Below, one piece after another: positions 28,096 through 37,610 of a DNA stretch of 64,000 nt. Each line of letters starts with the position of its first letter. Positions within the stretch are counted from its first letter, which is position 1. The stretch comes from an uncultured Verrucomicrobiaceae bacterium (GTDB lineage Bacteria; Pseudomonadota; Gammaproteobacteria; Pseudomonadales; CAMLJR01): the NCBI GenBank assembly GCA_964638025.1, contig CAZWXW010000008.1:12285-76284 (forward strand). The letters run 5' to 3'. Under the pieces are notes generated by a model, which saw only the letters and a list, made by a program, of their open reading frames with translations, was not told the origin of the DNA and ran no database searches. Made by a program: the position numbers and the translations under genes.

Positions 28096-30525
28096 TTATG
28101 CGGTGTGTTCGCCCTGGCCGGCAATCAGCTGGCCGATTTCCGCGCGGTTCAGCGGCTTGTGGAACAGATAGCCCTGAAAGCGCTTGCAGTCGTTGTCCAG
28201 CAGGAACTGCAGCTGGCGCCGGGTTTCGACGCCTTCCGCCACCACTTCGCAGTTGAGTACCTTGGCCAGCATCATGATCAGCTGGATGATGCGATCGCTG
28301 CGCTGGTTCTTGCCGATGGCAACGATGAAGGAGCGATCGATCTTGATCGCATGAATCGGGTACTCGCTCAGTTTTTTCAGCGAGGAGTAACCGGTGCCGA
28401 AATCGTCGATGGCAATCCTCAGGCCGATGGCGATCAGCCGCTCCAGATTGCGTCGGGCGATCTCGTCGTTTTCGATCAGGCCGGTCTCGGTGATTTCGAG
28501 ATGCAGCCAGGCCGGGTCGATCCGGTGGCGCTGCAATGCCCGCTGTATGAAAGCCGCCAGATCGTCGCGCTGCAGGTCGATACCCGACAGATTGATCGCG
28601 ACCGGCCAGACCTTGCCGAAATCCGCATGCCAGCTCGCCAGCTGGCGGCAGACCTCTTCGATGACGAACTCGCTGATCATGTGAATCTTGCCGATATGTT
28701 CGGCCAGCGGAATGAATTCCGCCGGCGGGACATTGCCGAGCTCGGCGGAGTGCCAGCGTATCAGTGCCTCAAGCCCGCGAATCGATTTCGCGGCATCCAC
28801 CTTGGGCTGGTAGACGAGCGAGAATTCGTTGCGCGCGAGCGCACTGGAGAGCGCCAGGCTGATGTCGATCTCCCGGTGTATCTCGCGTGCGCTGTCCTCG
28901 CTGAACAACACCAGCGGGCCCTTGGCGTGTCGGCGGGCAATTTCCAGCGCGCGCTCGCCGCGGTGAATGAGGTCGCCGGCGGATACCTCCTTGCCGCGGG
29001 TGAAGGCGACACCGACGGAGACCTCCAGCTCGACGGTCTGGTTTTCCCACGCATGCCGGGAGGGAATATCGTCGATGAAGTTTTCAAGCACGGCCTTGAT
29101 CTGCTCCGGTGTCGAGCAGCCGGTCACCACGATCACAAAGACGACGCCGCGCAGCCTGAAAATCTGAAAGTTGGTGCGGCGATGCTGCGACAGCAGGACC
29201 GAGAACTCGCGGATCAGGTCGTCGCCGCGAGCATGACCAAATTTTTCATTGATGGAGCGGATGCTGTTCAGGCGCAGGCAGGCGACTGCCAGCAGCGCAC
29301 CGCGCCGCGCCGGCGGAGGTTCATCCATCAGTTTCTGCAGGCGTTCCTGCAGCGATTCGCGATTGGGCAGATCGGTCAGCTGGTCATAGGCGGTCAAGCG
29401 TTCGCGCGCGGCGTTGGCCATTTGCAGGTCGCGCTCCATCGCGCGCAGCGCGCTGACGTCACGCATGCTGATCAGCAGACAGTGCTGGCTCAGCGACTTG
29501 ATGGTCAGCAACACCTCCCTGCTGCCGTCCACGGTCGATCGTGTCAGAAACTCATCTTCGCTGAAGCCGGTGGTCAGCGCTGTATGAATCGCCGTATCGA
29601 GTCGCTTGCCGGTTGCAACCGGTTCGAAAAAGTCGATGAGTTCGATCGCCGGGTCGATGGCATTACCGTGCCGTCCCAGCAGGGCGCTGGCCTTTTTGTT
29701 GATTCTCAATATTCGCCCGCCGCGATTGCAGATCAGCGTCGGGCCGCCGGCGTGCTCGAACACATCCCGGTAGAGCAGGTTGCTCTGCTGCAGGCGCTGG
29801 GCGATCTGTCGATTGCCGGTCACGCTGGCATTCAGCGCCGATACCACGCGGAACAGTGCCAGCGGTATCGACAGGTTGAAGAACAGGAACAGCAGCGCAT
29901 GCACGTAGAGATGGGAGCTCGGCATCAGCATGTCGATGCCGAACGGGATCAGCGGTCGCTCTGGCGACACCATGTAGAGAAAGGGGAGGGTGTTCGCCAG
30001 CATCAGCACGGCAGCCGTGATGCGGCCGAAATGGATCCAGGCGATGACCGGGGCAACATAGAGAAAGATGACGCCGAGATCGGACAGCGCGTAGTCGCCG
30101 ACGCCGAACAGGATCAGCAGGCCGCAGATGTAGACCATCAGCAACAGCAGGCCGGCGCCCAGATTCGGAAACCTTGCTCCGATCCGCAACGCCACGATCA
30201 GCGCCACGTAGTACGACGCGATGGTGGCGATGACGGAGACAACGCCGAGTTTCCACGCGGTCGTGAAGGAGTGGATGGCCAGCAGCAGGCACAGCAGCAG
30301 TGAGCTGGCGATGATGATTCTGTAGGTGCTGAGTCGCCAGCGTCGCGGGTCGCCGTCGACATTGTCGAGCAGCAGCCATTCGCTCAGGCCATTGCTCCAG
30401 CCGCGTTTGTCTTTGCGTTGTGCACTGTCCGGCGAATTGCCCAAGGAGTTGGGCAGCGCGATCCAGTCGTCGTCCAGCTCGGTGAGCGCGGAATTGGCAG
30501 CGGCACCCTTTATTTCTATTGTCAT
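28096..30525 (-). CDS. Membrane PAS / degenerate-GGDEF / EAL phosphodiesterase
   Basis: Multi-TM N-terminus. The GGDEF position reads 'RLRGVVFVIVV'. EAL-domain blocks are 'LEALIRW', 'AINLS', 'HLEITETG', 'DDFGTGYSSL', 'KIDRSF', 'VAEGVETRRQ' and 'FQGYLF'. Confidence 0.88.
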   Translation of the reverse strand: MTIEIKGAAANSALTELDDDWIALPNSLGNSPDSAQRKDKRGWSNGLSEWLLLDNVDGDPRRWRLSTYRIIIASSLLLCLLLAIHSFTTAWKLGVVSVIATIASYYVALIVALRIGARFPNLGAGLLLLMVYICGLLILFGVGDYALSDLGVIFLYVAPVIAWIHFGRITAAVLMLANTLPFLYMVSPERPLIPFGIDMLMPSSHLYVHALLFLFFNLSIPLALFRVVSALNASVTGNRQIAQRLQQSNLLYRDVFEHAGGPTLICNRGGRILRINKKASALLGRHGNAIDPAIELIDFFEPVATGKRLDTAIHTALTTGFSEDEFLTRSTVDGSREVLLTIKSLSQHCLLISMRDVSALRAMERDLQMANAARERLTAYDQLTDLPNRESLQERLQKLMDEPPPARRGALLAVACLRLNSIRSINEKFGHARGDDLIREFSVLLSQHRRTNFQIFRLRGVVFVIVVTGCSTPEQIKAVLENFIDDIPSRHAWENQTVELEVSVGVAFTRGKEVSAGDLIHRGERALEIARRHAKGPLVLFSEDSAREIHREIDISLALSSALARNEFSLVYQPKVDAAKSIRGLEALIRWHSAELGNVPPAEFIPLAEHIGKIHMISEFVIEEVCRQLASWHADFGKVWPVAINLSGIDLQRDDLAAFIQRALQRHRIDPAWLHLEITETGLIENDEIARRNLERLIAIGLRIAIDDFGTGYSSLKKLSEYPIHAIKIDRSFIVAIGKNQRSDRIIQLIMMLAKVLNCEVVAEGVETRRQLQFLLDNDCKRFQGYLFHKPLNRAEIGQLIAGQGEHTA

Positions 30526-30942
30526 GCTGAGTCATCAATGGGCCAATGAAACCGAACTGCATCGCGAGGAGCCAGGGCTGTGATCAGCAGTCGATCGGCC
30601 TGATCCGGCAATTCGCGGCAATAGGGTACGAACCTGATGATTCAGGGGTGACGGCGAGAGGTAGGGAAGGCGCACGAACCGCAGTTGATACCTTTATGCG
30701 TGCCGCCTATGTGTTACTTCCATCCGTGAATAGACCATCCAGCAAGCCGTTTCGGCAGTTCCGCTGTCGTAGGGCGCGCACCCTCATGGCGTGCGCCCCT
30801 TAGACCGGTGACTTTGCGAACTGAACCTTTCGGTACAGTCAGCCCTGAACAAAACGTGGAACCAAGCCTAGCAGAGCGTTTTTCGATTTCAAGATTTTGA
30901 GAAGCCGGTCACGCGGAGGGTTCATTCATTGGCCTTGGAAAT

Positions 30943-32010
30943 CTACAGCGACACCACCGCGCCATCGCGCGCGGCGGAGTCGCGGATGGCGTCGAGTACT
31001 TCCATGCAGGCCAGGCCGTCGTGAAACGTCGGCGGCGGCACGGCGCTGTCGATCGCGCGACCATCGACACCGGCGCGCAACACTTCGCAAAGGCGGATAT
31101 AGGGCCCTGGCTCCCTGACTGCCTGGCGCGGATCGTCGCTGCTGGCCGGCGGCGGCAGCTGCAGATCCTCGGGTACCGGCAGCTCGCGCACGCCGTCGCG
31201 ATCGGCAATGCGGACAACACCGCGTTCGGACCAGAGTGTTCCCTGCGTGCCCGCCACGCGCGCCATGTCGGCCGATGGCCCCCAGGCGCCGGCGGTGTGC
31301 TGAACCACGCCCTGCACGCCATTGGCGAGACGGAAGCGCACGACGTAGCTGTCTTCGGCTCCGCCTTCGCGCGCGGAGATGGTCGGCAACGCGGCGCTGA
31401 CGCTGGCGAACTCGCCCAGCCAGCTGCGAACCTGATCGACGATGTGAGAGCCGTGCGCGCCGAGCCAGCCGCCGCCGGCGCCTTCATCGAACCACCAGTC
31501 CGGCATCTTGGCATCGGGCGCGGCGACCAGCGGCAGATAACTGGTCAGTGTCAGCAAGCCGGGCTTGCCGATCATGCCGCTGTGAAGTGCGCGCGCGATG
31601 ATGGCGCGCTCCGGTGCCCAGCGAAACTGATTGCCCATCAGGTGCGTGACGCCGGCGCGCTCGGCGGCCTGCAACATCGTGCGCGCTTCGTCGACATTGC
31701 TGGCCATCGGCTTTTCGCAGATCACATGGCAGCCGTGCGAGATCGCGGTCAGCGTCAATGCCGCATGCGTGGCTGGCGGCGTGGCGATGGTGACGGCGAC
31801 AGCACCGGTCTTGCGGATGGCATCGTCGAGATCGGTGAAGGCCCGCGCGATGCCATTCGCCGCCGCGCGTTTTGCAGTACGCTCGGCATCGCTGCCGACC
31901 AGGCCGACGACGTCGAAGCCAGCGGCGCGCAGGGCCGGTACATGGATGCGACAGCCGAAGCCGGTGCCTGCGACCAGCGCCGGTGGCGCGGCGGACGTGG
32001 ATTTGGTCAT
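30943..32010 (-). CDS. Gfo/Idh/MocA family oxidoreductase
   Basis: Start MTKSTS. Rossmann fold 'LVAGTGFGCRIHVPALRAAG' and the family block 'CEKPMA'. Confidence 0.8.
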   Translation of the reverse strand: MTKSTSAAPPALVAGTGFGCRIHVPALRAAGFDVVGLVGSDAERTAKRAAANGIARAFTDLDDAIRKTGAVAVTIATPPATHAALTLTAISHGCHVICEKPMASNVDEARTMLQAAERAGVTHLMGNQFRWAPERAIIARALHSGMIGKPGLLTLTSYLPLVAAPDAKMPDWWFDEGAGGGWLGAHGSHIVDQVRSWLGEFASVSAALPTISAREGGAEDSYVVRFRLANGVQGVVQHTAGAWGPSADMARVAGTQGTLWSERGVVRIADRDGVRELPVPEDLQLPPPASSDDPRQAVREPGPYIRLCEVLRAGVDGRAIDSAVPPPTFHDGLACMEVLDAIRDSAARDGAVVSL

Positions 32011-32056
32011 GGTTGAATCTCCAGCGAAGCCAATCGGATAAACAGCGTGGATCGTT

Positions 32057-33169
32057 TTGGGCGTGGATAGTATCAACTGTCTGGTGATAGGTGCCGGCGT
32101 GGTGGGGCTGGCCGTCGCGCGCGAACTGCAGCGCGCCGGTTGCGAAACCGTTGTCGTCGAGCGCCATCCGCGGTTCGGCATGGAGACCAGTTCGCGCAAC
32201 TCCGAAGTGATTCACGCCGGCATCTATTACGCGCCGGGCAGCCTGAAGGCGCAGCTGTGTGTGCGCGGCAAGGCGCTGCTGTATGACTACTGCCGGTCGC
32301 ACGGCGTGTCGTGCAATCGCATCGGCAAGCTCATCGTTGCCACCACGCATGCGGAGCTGGCGCTGCTGGAAAACTACCGCACGCGGGCGCAGGCCAATGG
32401 CGTCGACGATCTGCAGCTGCTCGATGTCGATGAGTTGACGACGATGGAGCCGGCGATCGCGGCCTGTGGCGGATTGCTGTCGCCGAGCACTGGCATCGTC
32501 GATTCGCACGCGCTGATGGCCAGCCTTGCAGCGGAATTCGAGCGCGCCGGCGGCACGCTGGTGTACCGCAGCGAGGTGGTGCAGTTGCAGCGCGCGGGCG
32601 ATGGTGTCGCCGCCACGCTGGCCGATGGCTATCGCCTGTCGACGCGGCATGTCGTCAACTGCGCGGGGCTGCAGGCGCCGCTGCTCGCGAGCTGGCTGGG
32701 TCTCGACGAGTTTGCGCCGGTGCCGGTGCCGCGCTACTGCAAGGGACACTACTACCAGTACGTCGGCGCTTCACCGTTCAACCGGCTGATCTATCCGGTC
32801 GCGGTGGCCGGTGGCCTCGGTGTGCATGTGACGCTCGATCTGGCCGGACAGGTCCGGTTCGGCCCCGATGTGCGCTGGGTCGATGAGCCGGACTATGCGT
32901 TCGACGATTCGCAGCAACAGCGCTTCGTCGATGCGATCAGGCGCTACTACCCCGAACTCGACGAAGCGCGCCTGTTACCCGGGTACACCGGCCTTCGTCC
33001 GAAGATTTTTCCCGAGGGCGCGCGCGACGAGGATTTCGTATTGCGGCTGCAGCGCATCGGCAGTGGCGCGGCGATTCATCTGCTCGGCATCGAATCGCCG
33101 GGGCTGACGGCGGCGCTCGCCATTGCCGAGCGGGTTCGACATCGCTTGCTGATGGATTTCGATCCTTGA
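32057..33169 (+). CDS. FAD-dependent oxidoreductase, L-2-hydroxyglutarate oxidase (LhgO)-like
   Basis: 'CLVIGAGVVGLAVAREL' and 'SSRNSEVIHAGIYYAPGSLKAQLCVRG' parallel the recalled E. coli LhgO block '[23 protein letters not shown]'. The start codon is uncertain (TTG or GTG). Confidence 0.7.
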   Translation: MGVDSINCLVIGAGVVGLAVARELQRAGCETVVVERHPRFGMETSSRNSEVIHAGIYYAPGSLKAQLCVRGKALLYDYCRSHGVSCNRIGKLIVATTHAELALLENYRTRAQANGVDDLQLLDVDELTTMEPAIAACGGLLSPSTGIVDSHALMASLAAEFERAGGTLVYRSEVVQLQRAGDGVAATLADGYRLSTRHVVNCAGLQAPLLASWLGLDEFAPVPVPRYCKGHYYQYVGASPFNRLIYPVAVAGGLGVHVTLDLAGQVRFGPDVRWVDEPDYAFDDSQQQRFVDAIRRYYPELDEARLLPGYTGLRPKIFPEGARDEDFVLRLQRIGSGAAIHLLGIESPGLTAALAIAERVRHRLLMDFDP

Positions 33170-33271
33170 TGCCTGCTGTGCGAGCCGCATGAGCAGCCGG
33201 TGTGCAAACAGATACAACCGATGTGAAAGCAATAAAACAAAACCGGCGAGGTGACGCAGCGGGTCTCGTGA

Positions 33272-33480
33272 GTATTCGCGGAGCTGGGCTACACCGATCA
33301 GGATGCGCTGGCGTCGATGGGCGATCTGTTCGCGCTGGTTCATCCCGACGATGCCGTCGCCGTCAGGCAGGCGATCGATGCGCATGCAGCCGGCAAGACG
33401 ATGCAATACCGCAGCGATTTTCGCCTGCGCGCCTGCGACGGTCGCTGGGTCTGGTATGCCAACTTCTGCGCGAGCCGGAG
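33272..33480 (+). pseudogene. Remnant of a PAS-domain sensor gene
   Basis: Short frame 'ELGYTDQDALASMGDLFALVHPDDAVAVRQAIDAHAAGKTMQYRSDFRLRACDGRWVWYANF' is a PAS core. A stop codon lies immediately upstream and no output domain follows. Downstream, the frame runs antisense into the TauD gene. Confidence 0.55.
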
Positions 33481-33508
33481 CGTATCGATCGAGTGTTTCT
33501 GGCAACGA

Positions 33509-34354
33509 TCAGGCAATCGCCTCGTAGCCCTTCAGCGTGGTGCGGTGCATCAGGCGCTTGGAGGCTTCGTTGTAGGGATACGAGCGGTGCATCAGCCCCG
33601 GATTGTTGAAGATCACCACATCGCCTTTCTGCCATTTGTGCCGGTAGGTGAACTGCTCCTGGGTGCACCAGTCGGAAAGCTCCTGCAGCAGCGCATAGCC
33701 CTCTTCGTGCGGCATGCCGACGATGTCCATGGCAGTTGCGCCGATCACCAGTGACGTTCTGCCGTCCTTCTGTTTCCACACCAGTGGGTGTTCGGTGCGC
33801 GGAAATACCTGGTTCCAGCGTTCGACATCGTCGGCGGTCGGCTTTTCGTAGAGCTTGATGCCGACCGCTTCCATGCAGTGCACCACGCGCAGCCCGTTCA
33901 GTCGCTGCTTCATCGCCGGCGGCATGGCCTCGTATGCCGCAAACAGATTGGCGAAGCCGGTATCGCCACCTTCGATCGGCGCGCTTTCGCATTTCAGCAG
34001 CGTGCCTTTGCCCGGAATGGCGTAGGAGGTGCCATCCATGTGCCAGAAGTCATTGCCTTTGACGTACTCCAGCTGGGACTTGTCGTTCTTGTCCAGCGCG
34101 ATGCGGTAGATGCCCTTGCTGGCCGTCTCGGAGCCGTCGATGGTGGTTTTCGGTGGCTCGTATGGCCCCAGCGATTTGGTCAGCGCGAGAAACTGCTCGT
34201 CGCTCATGGTGGTCTGCGGAAACACCAGCACGTTGTATCTGTTCAGTGCGGCCAGGATCTGCCCGGGAACCCCCTCGTTGGTGACGTCTTCCGCCGCCAC
34301 CTTGATGTAGGCGCCAATTTTCGGCGTGATCGGTTCGATGATTACGTTGGTCAT
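33509..34354 (-). CDS. TauD/TfdA-family Fe(II)/2-oxoglutarate dioxygenase
   Basis: Start MTNVII with a GGAGGA Shine-Dalgarno. 'FWHMDGTS' supplies the HxD iron ligands. C-terminal block 'GDVVIFNNPGLMHRSYPY...RLMHRTTL'. Confidence 0.82.
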   Translation of the reverse strand: MTNVIIEPITPKIGAYIKVAAEDVTNEGVPGQILAALNRYNVLVFPQTTMSDEQFLALTKSLGPYEPPKTTIDGSETASKGIYRIALDKNDKSQLEYVKGNDFWHMDGTSYAIPGKGTLLKCESAPIEGGDTGFANLFAAYEAMPPAMKQRLNGLRVVHCMEAVGIKLYEKPTADDVERWNQVFPRTEHPLVWKQKDGRTSLVIGATAMDIVGMPHEEGYALLQELSDWCTQEQFTYRHKWQKGDVVIFNNPGLMHRSYPYNEASKRLMHRTTLKGYEAIA

Positions 34355-34590
34355 GTTTTCCTCCGACTGCGATCGGCCAGGTATTCGTTCGCATATGCGT
34401 ACATTTGTTTGCGTATACGTTGATGTGGGGCAAATAGACCAAAAGATCGGGCGGAAATCAATAAGTAGTCCCACAGGCTGCGCCGCGGATAGCGAATGCG
34501 TCTGGTCAACGCGGGTCTGAAATGTGAGACTCTGCGCCCCCAAAATCGATCCCGGCGCTGCCTGGATCCGTCACCCCCGAGAATTGCAAC

Positions 34591-34923
34591 GTGTCGAAGA
34601 AATCCGGCGGCGACAGCGCCGATACCGCGCGCGGTGGTCTGGTACAGGCCTCCTATAACGCCGGCCTTGCCGAAGGGCGGCTGCAGGCAATCGAAGAGAG
34701 CATCGACGCCGTGGCGAGATTGATCGTCAAGGCGGAGACGATGATCGTCGCGTTCACCGGTGAAACCAGCCAGACCACCCGCGACAACGCCGATCACACA
34801 CTGCGCGCGCTGCAGCTGGCGTTTGCCGCGGTGACGGGCTCCAAGAGCGGCAGTCCGGCGTTTCAGGCATTGCTGAGCCAGTCGAAACAGCGCCTGCAGA
34901 AAGCCGCGTCGACGATGCATTGA
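34591..34923 (+). CDS. Hypothetical protein (110 aa)
   Basis: GTG start. Strong GC3 bias in this frame. The competing antisense ORF (34351..34920) is Arg-rich and looks like noise. No family recognised. Confidence 0.5.
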   Translation: MSKKSGGDSADTARGGLVQASYNAGLAEGRLQAIEESIDAVARLIVKAETMIVAFTGETSQTTRDNADHTLRALQLAFAAVTGSKSGSPAFQALLSQSKQRLQKAASTMH

Positions 34924-34953
34924 TGCACGGTCGATAGACGCGCAGATGCGCCG

Positions 34954-35646
34954 CTATACCGCAGCGATCTCGGCGGCGGTCAGCTGGCGGTAGCTGCCCG
35001 GTTGAAGGGCTGCATCGAGTTCAATCGCGCCCATCGACAATCGGTGCAGCGCGGTCACTTCATTCTGGAAGTGGCCGAACATGCGCTTGATCTGGTGGTA
35101 GCGCCCCTCGTAGATCGTCAGCTCGGCGCGGTGGCTGGCGAGAATGTTCAGCTCGGCCGGCAGCGTGGTCAGGTTCTCGTAGCGGAAGTAGAACCCCTCG
35201 GCGAATTTCCGCACGTAGTCGGCCGTGATCTCCCCTCGGGTTTCGACCAGATAACGCTTCGGAATCTTTTGTTGCGGCAGCGTGATGCGCCGCGACCAGC
35301 GGCCATCGTTGGTCAGCAGCAACAGGCCGGTGGTGTTGAAGTCGAGGCGACCGGCCAGATGCAGTTCTGTCTTGTCGGGCAGATCGATCAGGTCGAGCAC
35401 GGTGGGGTGTTTGTCGTCGATGGTCGCGGAGGCGCAGCCGCGCGGTTTGTGCAGCATCAGGTAGCGTGCTTCGCGCGCCTGCTGCACGACCTTGCCGTCG
35501 ACTTCGACGTGGCAGAACCCGGAGATGGAGACGCACCCCTGTTCCGCCGTGCTGCCGTTCAACTGCACGCGCTGTTCGGCGAACAGGTGACGAACGGAGC
35601 GGGCAGAGAGGGCGAGGCGGGATTCGATCAGGCGGTCGAGGCGCAT
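34954..35646 (-). CDS. rsuA: 16S rRNA pseudouridine synthase RsuA family
   Basis: S4-like N-terminus 'MRLDRLIESRL'. Catalytic block 'AGRLDFNTTGLLLLTNDGRW'. 'EGRYHQIKRMF' is also present. Collinear with E. coli RsuA as recalled. Confidence 0.8.
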   Translation of the reverse strand: MRLDRLIESRLALSARSVRHLFAEQRVQLNGSTAEQGCVSISGFCHVEVDGKVVQQAREARYLMLHKPRGCASATIDDKHPTVLDLIDLPDKTELHLAGRLDFNTTGLLLLTNDGRWSRRITLPQQKIPKRYLVETRGEITADYVRKFAEGFYFRYENLTTLPAELNILASHRAELTIYEGRYHQIKRMFGHFQNEVTALHRLSMGAIELDAALQPGSYRQLTAAEIAAV

Positions 35647-35710
35647 TGAATAGTGTGTCGCGGCAGAACAGTGCGGACGCTGGTTGTATTGCGCCAGCGC
35701 CCGCTTCGGG

Positions 35711-36880
35711 TCAACCCGCTTTTTTCGGCAGCGCGATTTCGGCGGTGGCGGTGCACATGATGGTGCCTTTCTGCGTGGCCATCTTGTGTTTGACCTGGAT
35801 CAGATGGCGCCCCTGGTCATCGACCAGCTTGTCGACGACTTCGGCGGTCTGGATGGTGATGTCGCCGGACAGCGCCGGGCCGCGATAGTTGGCGACCGAG
35901 TGGACCACCTTGCCGTGTTCGCCGGCCCAGCCCGCCAGATAGTCGGTCACCCAGGCACCCATCGACGCACCGTAGCCATAGGAGCGCGGCATGCCGATCT
36001 TGCGCGCCCACTGCGGGAACAGGTGTCCTCGCGACGGGCCGTGGTAGGCGCCGTCGGTCAGCGCCGGATTGATCAGCTGCATGTCGGGGTCGTTTTCATA
36101 ACCCGCCATTTCCGGCGTGAAGCCGAGCGCGAGCAGGTCATTCTTGCGCAGATCCATCGTGCCCCAGATGCTGAACAGATAGGCGCGCCATTCGGTGGTG
36201 AAACTGGCAACGGAGTGGGGGCCGAACACTCGCTCCGGCAGCGTGTCGCCGACCTTCACGTCGTCCCACCAGCGCTCCTTGTGGCCGAGATCGTGCAGCA
36301 TCTGGACCCAGGTGAATTTGCGTTCTTCGAGCGCCTTGAGCTCCTCCTCGCTCCAGACCGGATCGTCGGCTTCGCCGGTATCGACCGATTCGCCGCCCGC
36401 TTCGGCCAGATAACGAATCGCGGTGGAGCGCTGTTTGGCGACCAGTTCGCCGTGCTGGTTGCGATAGATGTTGTCGCCGCGCTGGAAGCAGGTGGGGCCG
36501 GCGAATTTGGTCTCCTTGACCACGTAGTCGAACGGGATGCGCTCGTTGTAGATGAAGTCGCCGGCAAACGTGCGCGCATCGTAGAACCACCACTCGTCAC
36601 CACCGAACAGCAGATGCGAATCGGGAATGCAGCCGACGCAGGCCGGCGCAGCGCCATGGCCGTCGTCGATCGCGATCGGGAAACTCTGCGGTGCGACCAG
36701 CTTGCCCCAGCGGCTTTCGCTGGCAAAGGCGGGGTCGTAGTGCAGCCGGTTCGGGTAGTGCATCGCATGCGCCCAGCGACGGATATCGTTGTTGCCGATC
36801 GGTTCGCGCAGTGGCGAGGAGTCCATCGTCTTGCCGAGGTATTTGTCGATGTCGGAGGTGTCGAGGGTTTTTGCAGCCAT
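35711..36880 (-). CDS. Double hot-dog acyl dehydratase/hydratase (MaoC-like)
   Basis: 389-aa ORF with an N-terminal dehydratase-like half and a C-terminal half ending in a MaoC-like fold. The family call is from overall resemblance only. Confidence 0.55.
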   Translation of the reverse strand: MAAKTLDTSDIDKYLGKTMDSSPLREPIGNNDIRRWAHAMHYPNRLHYDPAFASESRWGKLVAPQSFPIAIDDGHGAAPACVGCIPDSHLLFGGDEWWFYDARTFAGDFIYNERIPFDYVVKETKFAGPTCFQRGDNIYRNQHGELVAKQRSTAIRYLAEAGGESVDTGEADDPVWSEEELKALEERKFTWVQMLHDLGHKERWWDDVKVGDTLPERVFGPHSVASFTTEWRAYLFSIWGTMDLRKNDLLALGFTPEMAGYENDPDMQLINPALTDGAYHGPSRGHLFPQWARKIGMPRSYGYGASMGAWVTDYLAGWAGEHGKVVHSVANYRGPALSGDITIQTAEVVDKLVDDQGRHLIQVKHKMATQKGTIMCTATAEIALPKKAG

Positions 36881-36959
36881 GTCAAATCTCGCTGTCTGTC
36901 ATTTCTGATCGGGATGGAGGGTTCGTGGGGCGCGAATATCGCTGTCGGGCTGGCCAGGT

Positions 36960-37091
36960 GACCGGCGCTTCGCCCACCAGCGTGGTGCGGCGCATCAGGC
37001 GTTTGCTGTCGAGCGGGTACTCATCGGCGCGGTGCATGGTACCGGTGTTGTCGAACAACAGGAAATCGTCGGCCTGCCGCTGGATCCGACG
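36960..37091 (-). pseudogene. C-terminal remnant of a TauD/TfdA-family dioxygenase
   Basis: 'RQADDFLLFDNTGTMHRADEYPLDSKRLMRRTTLVGEAPV' aligns with 'WQKGDVVIFNNPGLMHRSYPYNEASKRLMHRTTLKGYEAIA' of the intact paralog at 33509..34354. It has no N-terminal 85% and starts directly after the stop of the DUF385 gene. Confidence 0.6.
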
Positions 37092-37093
37092 CT

Positions 37094-37609
37094 TCAGCTC
37101 TGCCTTGTGCCGGTGGCGTCGGACTCCTTGAAGACGGGAATCGCTTCGAGCGGCTTCATCATCACCAGCGGCAGTATGCGCGAGGTCGATGCCTGGTAAT
37201 TGGCGTAGAAAGGGTGGCAGTCGATGAAGAAATCCCACACCTTCTTGCGCTCGGCACCCTCGGGTTCGCGCCAGCTGCCACGAAATGCCTGCGTGGCGAT
37301 CTGAAACTCGATCTCGTTGCTGGCAGCGATATTCAGATACCACTCCGGGTGGTGATCGGCGCCGCCCTTCGAACCGCAGATCACCACCTCGCCACCAATG
37401 TCGGCGTAGCAGAGTGGCGTGATGAAGATTTTGCCGCTCTTGCGCCCGCGATATTTGACCAGGCAGTGCGTGGCGAAGAAGCGGCCGCCGACGGGGGTGA
37501 TGTCCATGATGTGCCCTTCGGCGCCGCCCGAGCGCAGATACATCTCGCGGTGCTCGGTGACCCAGTCGCGGCGCACGGCGCTGATCGCTGCGGAAGATTC
37601 GTCGCTCAT
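37094..37609 (-). CDS. Nitroreductase/quinone-reductase family protein (DUF385, deazaflavin-dependent Ddn-like)
   Basis: 'KYRGRKSGKIFITPLCY', 'GSKGGADHHPEWYLNI' and 'FYANYQASTSRILPLVMMKP' match my recollection of the family consensus. Confidence 0.75.
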   Translation of the reverse strand: MSDESSAAISAVRRDWVTEHREMYLRSGGAEGHIMDITPVGGRFFATHCLVKYRGRKSGKIFITPLCYADIGGEVVICGSKGGADHHPEWYLNIAASNEIEFQIATQAFRGSWREPEGAERKKVWDFFIDCHPFYANYQASTSRILPLVMMKPLEAIPVFKESDATGTRQS

Positions 37610-37610
37610 G

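Noticed and set aside
30769-30800. A GTAGGGCGCGCACCCTCATGGCGTGCGCCCCT imperfect palindrome, as a REP-type repeat or terminator.
   Set aside because: - There is only one copy in the window.
- The arms have two mismatches.
- There is no T-tract.
- I cannot tell whether it is a genome-wide repeat without the rest of the genome.
34351-34920. The minus-strand 189-aa ORF overlapping the 34591..34923 plus-strand ORF.
   Set aside because: - The translation is Arg-rich and low-complexity.
- Its 5' part overlaps the TauD start region.
- The plus-strand frame shows the GC3 bias typical of real genes here.
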